IMG/VR virus record: IMGVR_UViG_3300009086_000061 | Coordinates: 1 to 31,794 of that record | Strand: one strand, 5' to 3' | DNA from: a virus | Taxonomy: Duplodnaviria > Caudoviricetes | DNA: 31,794 nt | Shown: positions 24,983 through 31,794 of the stretch, one piece after another | Position numbering within the stretch: the first letter of the stretch is position 1 | Layout: each line of letters starts with the position of its first letter | The notes under the pieces: generated by a model | The model's database searches: none | Told to the model about the DNA's origin: nothing | Seen by the model: only the letters and a program-made list of their open reading frames with translations | Position numbers and translations under genes: made by a program

Positions 24983-26512
24983 ATGGCATATACAATAGAC
25001 ACATACAGCAACAGTAGAAGCTGGAAAATTGAAGATGGTACTATTGACCAAACAACCGATTTAAAGCTAGTTGGTAAAAACTATGCTGGCTACGGTGAAA
25101 TACAAAACGAAAACTTTGTATTTTTACTAGAAAACTTTGCAGGGCAGGTTGAACCTCCACGTAAAGTTCAAGGTCAGATTTGGTTCGATAGTGGCAATTC
25201 TAAATTAAAATTTTACGATGGACTTAAATGGCGCACAACAGGTGGTGCAGAAGTTAGTTCAACAGTTCCAACAGGGCTTAAACAAGGTGATTTTTGGTGG
25301 GATACTGGTAACGAACAACTTTATACATATAATGGCGGAGACTTTGTACTTATTGGACCCCAGAGTGCAGGATCAGGTCAGACACAAATTGTAAGTCGTT
25401 CGGTACGTGATACAACAGGCGGAAGTAGAAATATTATTACAGCCGTTGTTGAAGATGAAACAATAATGGCATTTAGTTCACAAGATTTTACTATTGATAC
25501 TAGTGACGTTGATTCAAATATTACTGGCTTTGATAGAATTAGACCAGGATTAACCCTTAAAAATACAATTAACAGTTCAGGCGGCGTTACATCAGGTGCA
25601 TTTAGGTTGTTTGGTACAGCATCTAACTCTGAAAAGTTAGGTGGCGTACTTGCTACAGACTATGTACAAGCTAATAACCCGTCATTTACAGGACTTGCAC
25701 AATTCCAAGAAGCAGGTTTACAAATTGGCGATAGTGGCGACTTTACAATTAAAGTTGAAAATGATATTAATGCTATTATCGAGAACGGTAACGGTAATCA
25801 AATTATTATACGTGCTAAAGATTTATTTGGTAATATCTTAAACCCAGTTAGATTCTTCTATAATGCAGTAACTCCAGGACTTGTTGGTAATACACAAACA
25901 GTTGCAGCAACAACATTAGGTACAGCAGATTATAGATGGCCTAGTGTATTTGCATTAGAATATAAAGGTCTAGGCGAAGTAAGCAAAGGTATTATGAAAC
26001 CAGATGCTACTTACGATCCAGACCCAGTTACTGGCACAGTAGCAAATGGAGATTTATTATCACCAAGTGTAGCAACAGCAGCAGATACGGTTCCAGTTAG
26101 AGATGTAAACGGCGATATTTTTGCTAGACGCTTCCAAGGTATTGCAACTGAAGCATGGTATGCTGACTTAGCAGAAATGTATTCAACAGACGAAGAATAC
26201 CCAGTTGGAACATGTATGGCAGTAGGTGGAGATGCAGAAGCAACCGCAGCTAAAGCAAGCACTATGTGTATTGGTGTTATATCCGCAGAACCTGCTTATT
26301 TAATGAACAAAGGTTTAGAAGATGGTCAGGCTGTTGGTCTTAAAGGGCGTGTTCCTGTAAGAGTAAGCGGCCCAGTATCAAAAGGCATGGCAGTTTATGC
26401 ATGGCAAGACGGTGTTGCATCAACTATACAAACTATAGGATTAGTAGGCATTGCATTAGAGTCAAGCACTGACGAGTCTGAAAAATTAATTGAGTGCGTA
26501 CTCAAAGTATAA
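24983..26512 (+). CDS. Tail fibre/spike protein with C-terminal Peptidase_G2-like intramolecular chaperone autocleavage domain
   Basis: Shared fibre N-terminal domain; C-terminal YADLAEMY...GVISAEPAYLMN...VGLKGRVPVRVSGPVSKG (26159-26509) matches the phi29 gp12-type IMC domain pattern. Confidence 0.8.
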   Translation: MAYTIDTYSNSRSWKIEDGTIDQTTDLKLVGKNYAGYGEIQNENFVFLLENFAGQVEPPRKVQGQIWFDSGNSKLKFYDGLKWRTTGGAEVSSTVPTGLKQGDFWWDTGNEQLYTYNGGDFVLIGPQSAGSGQTQIVSRSVRDTTGGSRNIITAVVEDETIMAFSSQDFTIDTSDVDSNITGFDRIRPGLTLKNTINSSGGVTSGAFRLFGTASNSEKLGGVLATDYVQANNPSFTGLAQFQEAGLQIGDSGDFTIKVENDINAIIENGNGNQIIIRAKDLFGNILNPVRFFYNAVTPGLVGNTQTVAATTLGTADYRWPSVFALEYKGLGEVSKGIMKPDATYDPDPVTGTVANGDLLSPSVATAADTVPVRDVNGDIFARRFQGIATEAWYADLAEMYSTDEEYPVGTCMAVGGDAEATAAKASTMCIGVISAEPAYLMNKGLEDGQAVGLKGRVPVRVSGPVSKGMAVYAWQDGVASTIQTIGLVGIALESSTDESEKLIECVLKV

Positions 26513-26515
26513 ATA
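26508..26515 (+). promoter_or_regulatory. Putative phage late promoter, exact T4 late consensus TATAAATA
   Basis: Exact TATAAATA overlapping the stop TAA (26510-26512), ending 29 nt before the ATG at 26545; SD AAGGA at 26531-26535. Confidence 0.7.
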
Positions 26516-26544
26516 TATACGTATATAACTAAGGACAATTTCGG

Positions 26545-27465
26545 ATGGCAGTAAACCAAGAAACGCTTGTTACAGCAGCAAATTATAATACATTGCAAAA
26601 TAGAGTTTCTCGAATCCTCGGATCGGGTAACGGGCAAGAAGGATTTGGACAAACATTAAATAGTGCTCCTGTTGGTGCAGAAAGCATTGTTTATGCATCC
26701 GATATGAATCTGCTTTTAGAAGATATTAATAGAGTTAGTATACACCAAACAGGTAGTCCTAGTGACCTAAACCCTGTTACATCAAGTTCAAAAATAAGAG
26801 CTAACGAAGATACACCTGCTGATAACAATGGTTTTAATCAATATATTAGTGCAGTTGATATTTTAGAAGCTAATGGTAATGTAGTTGACGGTACTCAAGT
26901 TACACTTGAAACTCTTGCTTCGGATAGTAGATTTGCTCCTTGGAACGGACAACTTTCACATTCATTTACACTTACGTTTGACGATGCTGATCATAGAAGA
27001 AACTTTTTTAATGCAGGCGGACAAATATATATTAGTGCGCAATTAGAAACTGCTAGTGGATCAAAAGCACTTGACTGGAAACAAATGTTAACTAATATGG
27101 GTGTAATACAGTTTAAAGCAAATACTACTTCAAAGACAGGTATTGGCGGAACACTATTTCCAAACGGAGATGGTCCTTTTGGTAACTTTAGCCTAACAGC
27201 ATCAAGTGTAACATTATTTGAAAGAACTGGTCAACAAGCATCATACTCAGAAAATAGATATTATATTTTTGCTAAAGAAGTAAGTACTCGAGCAATACAG
27301 TTTACAATACAGTTTCAAGATCAAGATTTAGGTGATCCAAATATTGACGAACAAGTAACTGGAACACTTGTAAGTAAAATACAACAAATTAGACCTACAG
27401 GAACTTTTGTATCTGTAGATTCTCCAAGTTATTCGGCGCAGTCAAGTTTAGAACTGGGAGCGTAA
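26545..27465 (+). CDS. Putative virion structural (tail/baseplate-associated) protein, paralog A
   Basis: 306 aa, G/S/T/N-rich, behind a late-promoter motif; RVSRILGSGNGQEGFGQ and HRRNFFNAGG motifs shared with the next gene. Confidence 0.6.
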   Translation: MAVNQETLVTAANYNTLQNRVSRILGSGNGQEGFGQTLNSAPVGAESIVYASDMNLLLEDINRVSIHQTGSPSDLNPVTSSSKIRANEDTPADNNGFNQYISAVDILEANGNVVDGTQVTLETLASDSRFAPWNGQLSHSFTLTFDDADHRRNFFNAGGQIYISAQLETASGSKALDWKQMLTNMGVIQFKANTTSKTGIGGTLFPNGDGPFGNFSLTASSVTLFERTGQQASYSENRYYIFAKEVSTRAIQFTIQFQDQDLGDPNIDEQVTGTLVSKIQQIRPTGTFVSVDSPSYSAQSSLELGA

Positions 27466-27466
27466 T

Positions 27467-28498
27467 ATGGTAGCCGTAGCAGGTTTAATTCAAGATAGTG
27501 ATTACAAAGGTGCACTTGATAGAGTAAACGCAGTTCTCGGTAACGGAACTGGTCAAAGTGGATACGGTCAAGTAGTTAGTAGTTACGAAACTCACAAAGA
27601 TATAAGTGCAAATGACGAATTAGTTGAAGCAGATATCTTAAACGATATAAAAGCCGACGCTAATAAATGTCGCCAACATCAAACTAGTGCAAATGTAATT
27701 TCATCTACATGGGCAACCGGTAATATAATTGGTGCGAACGCTAGTGGTTCGGCTGCAAACAGTCTTACAGAAACCTCTAAAGGGTTTAATGACGTGTTAT
27801 CTGCTATTACTACTATTGAAAATAATGCTGAAGATGTTGACGAATTTACAGTTACAAATAATAGAACATTATGTAGTAGCACACGAACATCGGCCTGGGG
27901 GGGTGACGGCGATCCAGATGATAATATCTATAGTGAACTTGATGTAACATTCAGCGGCGGGTATGCTACAACGAATAGTAGTGGCAGTACTACAGCTTCG
28001 GGATCAGATCACCGTAGGCATTTTTTTAATAGTGGCGGCGATCTAAGATTTACATTTTCCAGTGGCAGTAATACTGCTAAAGACCAAAATTGGGCTTCGA
28101 TGTTTAATAATGTTCAAGTAGTTTTTGGTAAAAACGCTACTACTACTAATAGCGGACAAGCTAGAGACGGTAGCACTGACGTAAACGGAGGCGGTATTGA
28201 TACTGCATTTGGTAATTATCAGCTTACTACAAGTTATAATCTTATATTTAGAAAATATGGGTCTGGTGTGTACGATGAAAACTATTATCAAATACGTGCA
28301 AAGCGTATTGGTGAAAATGTTATACGTTTTAGAATAGACTTTAATGACGTAAACGAAGGCCAGCCAAACTTTGACGAACGTGTAAACACCGGGTCGCAAG
28401 AACAATCGGCAGGTATACACATGAAACGTGCAACAGGCACAAATGTTGAAGTTTCAGCACCAACTGGCAGCGAAGCTGTTTCTTTCCAAGATACCTAA
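27467..28498 (+). CDS. Putative virion structural (tail/baseplate-associated) protein, paralog B
   Basis: 343 aa; RVNAVLGNGTGQSGYGQ and HRRHFFNSGG motifs; colinear similarity with 26545..27465. Confidence 0.6.
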   Translation: MVAVAGLIQDSDYKGALDRVNAVLGNGTGQSGYGQVVSSYETHKDISANDELVEADILNDIKADANKCRQHQTSANVISSTWATGNIIGANASGSAANSLTETSKGFNDVLSAITTIENNAEDVDEFTVTNNRTLCSSTRTSAWGGDGDPDDNIYSELDVTFSGGYATTNSSGSTTASGSDHRRHFFNSGGDLRFTFSSGSNTAKDQNWASMFNNVQVVFGKNATTTNSGQARDGSTDVNGGGIDTAFGNYQLTTSYNLIFRKYGSGVYDENYYQIRAKRIGENVIRFRIDFNDVNEGQPNFDERVNTGSQEQSAGIHMKRATGTNVEVSAPTGSEAVSFQDT

Positions 28499-28507
28499 AT
28501 TCACCTC

Positions 28508-28536
28508 TTGACAAAATCATTCTAAGAGTATATAAT
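28508..28536 (+). promoter_or_regulatory. Consensus sigma70-type promoter (TTGACA-N17-TATAAT)
   Basis: TTGACA at 28508-28513, TATAAT at 28531-28536, exactly 17 bp apart, in the intergenic gap; SD AGGAG at 28552-28556 before the ATG at 28564. Confidence 0.85.
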
Positions 28537-28563
28537 TAATAGTATACTTCTAGGAGAATCTGT

Positions 28564-28911
28564 ATGGACGAGCGTCTTGAAAAAGCATTAGAGTTTTCTA
28601 ATTACATGACAACGCTGAATAATCAACGAAGGATTATTAAAGAGCAGTTTTTGGAAAATTGTGTACATTATATTAACGGTGGAAAATTCTCAGTTAATCG
28701 AGAGCTAATAACATTCTGTCAAACACTACGACATAATCACCAAGATGATGCAATTGTTATTGACGATAACGAAACACCAATTAAAATAGATGATTTACAA
28801 ACTTTTCTAGATGAAATCTTAAACATCTATTTTACTTCTTCGTATGAATACTTGGACAAATATAATGAAATTAAATCAAATAGATCAGTAGAAGGGTTAA
28901 TTGATTTATGA
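28564..28911 (+). CDS. Small conserved phage protein, possibly DUF4376/tail-fibre-assembly-like
   Basis: 115 aa with strong SD. Pattern GGKF..N.ELI...IDDNETPIKIDDLQTFLDEI...Y..Y.EIKSNRSVEGL loosely resembles DUF4376; function tentative. Confidence 0.45.
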   Translation: MDERLEKALEFSNYMTTLNNQRRIIKEQFLENCVHYINGGKFSVNRELITFCQTLRHNHQDDAIVIDDNETPIKIDDLQTFLDEILNIYFTSSYEYLDKYNEIKSNRSVEGLIDL

Positions 28912-29762
28912 GCAAAGGAGTAGTACTTTTTGCACAAAATAATCATACAATTGACTATGTAAAGCAGGCTCTTTTTTGTGCAAAGAAAATAAAGAAACAT
29001 CTAAAACTATCTGTTGCTATTGCTACAGACAATGTCGAGTATCTTGAAACTACGTATCCGTTTTATAAAAAGTATATAGATCACGTTATTCCTTTAGAAT
29101 GGAAAGAATGTACACAAAAAAGAACATTTGGTGACGGCACCATGAGTACTCGTGATTTAGAATGGAGAAATCACGATAGGAGTACTATATATGATATAAC
29201 TCCGTACGATGAAACATTAGTAATGGATACTGATTTTATAGTTGGTAATAATTTATTACTAAACGCATTTACTACTGATGACGACTTTTTAATTTGTAGA
29301 GATGTTACTGATGTTAATCCTGAACGTGCAGAAAGTTTTGATAAAATAAGTGATCGAAGTGTTGATATGTATTGGGCTACCTTGTTTTATTTTAAAAAAA
29401 GCAACCGCACAGAAATATTTTTTAATTTGATTGAACATATTAAAGAAAACTGGACATATTATAGACTGGTGTATCAAATACCTAATATAACATACCGTAA
29501 TGATTTTAGTTTTAGTATTGCAATACATATATTAAACGGCAATCAAAAAACAAACTGGCCCAAAGCAATGCCTGGAAAACTTTGGTTTACTACAGATAAT
29601 GATGTATTAATAAATATGGATGACGAAAAATATACGTTTTTATTAGATAAGAAGGACTGGCGCGGACATTATACACTATCTAGTATTAAAAATACTAATA
29701 TTCACATTATTAATAAATTCAGTTTAGATAGAGCAATAAGCGAGGAATTTATTAATGAGTAG
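28908..29762 (+). CDS. GT-A fold glycosyltransferase (GT8/GT71-like nucleotide-diphospho-sugar transferase)
   Basis: N-terminal KGVVLFA...DYVKQA, TPYDETLVMDTDF with DxD at 29226-29234, later RNDFSFSIA and HIINK; ATGA overlap with the upstream gene. Confidence 0.75.
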   Translation: MSKGVVLFAQNNHTIDYVKQALFCAKKIKKHLKLSVAIATDNVEYLETTYPFYKKYIDHVIPLEWKECTQKRTFGDGTMSTRDLEWRNHDRSTIYDITPYDETLVMDTDFIVGNNLLLNAFTTDDDFLICRDVTDVNPERAESFDKISDRSVDMYWATLFYFKKSNRTEIFFNLIEHIKENWTYYRLVYQIPNITYRNDFSFSIAIHILNGNQKTNWPKAMPGKLWFTTDNDVLINMDDEKYTFLLDKKDWRGHYTLSSIKNTNIHIINKFSLDRAISEEFINE

Positions 29763-30594
29763 AGGATTCTGTTTACTTGCACAAAATAATGATACGACAG
29801 ATTACGTGCGCCAAGCATATGCACTTGCTGTAAGTTTACACAAACACAATGTAGGACAAAAAATTAGTTTAATAACCAATGATGATGTTCCTGTTGAGTG
29901 GCAAAGTGTTTTCGACCAAATCATTACTATTCCATGGACTGATCAAGCAGACGAGTCTAAATGGAAAATTGAAAACAGATGGAAAGTATATCATGCTAGT
30001 CCTTATGATGAAACTATTGTTGTTGAAGCCGACATGTTGTTTACATCAGACATAACACATTGGTGGAAAGAATTAGAAAAATATGATTTATTTTTTACAA
30101 GTAATGTAAAAACATATCGAGACGAAGTTGTAACTAGTAGATTTTATAGAAAAACATTTGACGCAAACGAATTACCTAACTTATATAGTGCATTGCATTA
30201 TTTTAGAAAAGGCGATACTGCAAAACAGTTTTATATATTACTTGAAATAATAATAGCTAATTGGGAGTTATTCTACAGTAAGTATGCAAGAGAACGCTAT
30301 CAAAAATGGTGCAGTATTGATTTGTGCGCTGCTATTGCTAGTAAGATACTAGGTAACGAAAAAGAAATTACAAACACGAATAGTTGCGTCACTTTTACTC
30401 ATATGAAACCTCAAATACAAAATTGGGAAATCGCTCCGGATAAATGGACTAGTGTTTTAGGAAAATACTACCGAAACGATGATAAACTTATGCTCGGCAA
30501 TTTCTTGCAATCAGGAATGTTGCATTATGTTGAATCAGAATTTTTGTCAGACGAAATGTTAGGGAGAATTGAAAATGCAACAAACGTATCTTAA
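29755..30594 (+). CDS. GT-A fold glycosyltransferase paralog (ExD variant)
   Basis: RGFCLLAQNN..DYVRQA, SPYDETIVVEADML (EAD at 30025-30033), FTHMKP resembling the GT8 H..KP motif; colinear with the upstream paralog. Confidence 0.72.
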   Translation: MSRGFCLLAQNNDTTDYVRQAYALAVSLHKHNVGQKISLITNDDVPVEWQSVFDQIITIPWTDQADESKWKIENRWKVYHASPYDETIVVEADMLFTSDITHWWKELEKYDLFFTSNVKTYRDEVVTSRFYRKTFDANELPNLYSALHYFRKGDTAKQFYILLEIIIANWELFYSKYARERYQKWCSIDLCAAIASKILGNEKEITNTNSCVTFTHMKPQIQNWEIAPDKWTSVLGKYYRNDDKLMLGNFLQSGMLHYVESEFLSDEMLGRIENATNVS

Positions 30595-31147
30595 TTTTCA
30601 AGAAGATGGTAAAATAATAAAAATATCTAATGTACTAGACGAATCGTCTCCGTACATTATAGTTGATAAGTCTTGGGCATATGATTTTGCAGATTGTAAA
30701 AAAAGTATGGATGATTATATTATTGTGCCTAGTGATACTGCTGAATCTATGTTTGAAATAAAATATAAGCATACGTCGATACTAGAAAATTTTAACGTAG
30801 ACGATAGTATACATCAAATAACAAAGAAACATACAACAACAAAGTTATTATTTGCTATTATACAAGATACTAAACTTGGTATATGGAAAATAAAAATATC
30901 AGACGATTTAAAATATTTACTAAACAGCACAACTTTTTATAAAGATAAAAAGCACCATTTGTTTGTAACACAAGAAAATGATCCTAATTTTTTATTAGAT
31001 ACGTTAGTAGTTAATTTTGGAGAGTTACTTAGTGGGCAAACATATTTTATAGAAAACGCAAATAAAGAAGTTGCTCAAACCCCTAATGTGAGTGTATACT
31101 GCGGTAAAGCGTTTGAAAATTATAAACACATTGTGGAAAGTTATTAA
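30575..31147 (+). CDS. Hypothetical protein in the glycosyltransferase operon
   Basis: ORF track starts at TTG 30569, but ATG 30575 has GGAG (30563-30566) 8 nt upstream. Overlaps both neighbours; no motif recognised. Confidence 0.65.
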   Translation: MQQTYLNFQEDGKIIKISNVLDESSPYIIVDKSWAYDFADCKKSMDDYIIVPSDTAESMFEIKYKHTSILENFNVDDSIHQITKKHTTTKLLFAIIQDTKLGIWKIKISDDLKYLLNSTTFYKDKKHHLFVTQENDPNFLLDTLVVNFGELLSGQTYFIENANKEVAQTPNVSVYCGKAFENYKHIVESY

Positions 31148-31794
31148 TGACAAAAATTAAAGTAGTTGATCAAGATATTATTTTCTTATCATATGACGAG
31201 CCTAATGCTGAAAAGAACTATGCAGACTTATGTAGTAAAGTACCTTGGGCAAAGCGTGTACACGGAGTTCATGGAAGCGATGCTGCACACAAAGCATGTG
31301 CTGATTTAAGTGAAACGGAATACTTTGTTACTGTAGATGCAGATAATATTGTTGATCCAGAATTCTTAAATCAAGAAGTTGATTACGAAGCACTTGGATT
31401 GTCAGCAGAACATGTGTTTAGTTGGTGCGGTAAGTTACATGTCAACGGACTAATGTACGGCAACGGCGGATTAAAGATGTGGACACGTAAGTTTGTACAC
31501 AATATGAAAACACACGAACATTCAGAAGACGGTGACGAGCGTGGCAAAGTAGAATTTTGCTTTGACGACAAGTATTATCAGTTCAACGAAAACTTTAGTG
31601 TATCTTACACAAACGAAACACCTTGGCAAGCGTGGCGAGCTGGATTTAGAGAAGGTGTTAAAATGAGTTTAGATCAAGGTGCTAAAGTAGAAGACTTGCG
31701 TAAAGTATGGTGGCAAAACTATGACAGGCTTTTAATATGGAGTCAAGTAGGTGCTGATGTTAAAAATGGTATATGGAGTATACTAGGCGCACGA
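31147..31794 (+). CDS. GT-A fold glycosyltransferase (GT2-like), 3'-truncated by window end
   Basis: Not in the ORF track. TAATG overlap at 31145-31149; open to the window end: MTKIKVVDQDIIFLSYDEPNAE...GVHGSDAAHKACADLSETEYFVTVDADNIV (DAD at 31336-31344)...YGNGGLKMW...AWRAGFREGVK. Confidence 0.75.
   Translation, partial: MTKIKVVDQDIIFLSYDEPNAEKNYADLCSKVPWAKRVHGVHGSDAAHKACADLSETEYFVTVDADNIVDPEFLNQEVDYEALGLSAEHVFSWCGKLHVNGLMYGNGGLKMWTRKFVHNMKTHEHSEDGDERGKVEFCFDDKYYQFNENFSVSYTNETPWQAWRAGFREGVKMSLDQGAKVEDLRKVWWQNYDRLLIWSQVGADVKNGIWSILGAR

Noticed and set aside
20869-28498. Diversity-generating retroelement or invertible tail-fibre cassette
   Set aside because: No reverse transcriptase or invertase and no near-identical nucleotide repeat pair seen by eye; paralogy is old and visible only at protein level. 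A template repeat elsewhere in the genome cannot be excluded.
390-28498. Bacterial contractile injection system (T6SS, eCIS or tailocin) instead of a phage
   Set aside because: T4-type gp6 motifs, TAAATA late boxes, several phage fibres and the absence of tss/afp-type genes or bacterial housekeeping context favour a large lytic myovirus.
30569-30574. TTG start given in the ORF track for the 192-aa protein
   Set aside because: The in-frame ATG at 30575 has a properly spaced GGAG SD; the TTG is only 2 nt from it.
1156-31571. Numerous short (60-156 aa) minus-strand and off-frame ORFs in the track
   Set aside because: All nested in long, motif-supported + strand genes; sequences look like antisense or frameshifted translations.
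1-31794. Stop-codon reassignment as seen in some large phages
   Set aside because: Genes tile the window under the standard code, and TGA (28909-28911) and TAG (29760-29762) act as stops at tight gene overlaps.

Overview
AT-rich (roughly one-third GC by eye), densely coding, entirely + strand segment of a large tailed-phage (myovirus, probably jumbo-type) genome. Positions 1-28498 form a baseplate/tail module: the 3' end of a probable gp5-like spike, a gp25-like wedge subunit, an enlarged gp6-like wedge, a 5278-aa mosaic baseplate/adhesin-like protein, a 204-aa structural protein, three paralogous tail-fibre proteins with different C-terminal ends, and a pair of paralogous structural proteins. 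T4-late-like TAAATA boxes sit in four intergenic gaps. At 28508 a perfect sigma70 promoter (TTGACA-17 bp-TATAAT) starts a tightly coupled operon: a small protein, two paralogous GT8-like glycosyltransferases, a hypothetical protein and a third GT-A glycosyltransferase that runs off the window end. The best candidate for a novel system is this phage-encoded multi-glycosyltransferase operon next to the tail-fibre genes (possible virion, host-surface or DNA glycosylation), followed by the modular giant protein. No RNA genes, CRISPR arrays or mobile elements were seen. All product calls come from motif recognition by eye; no database search was run.
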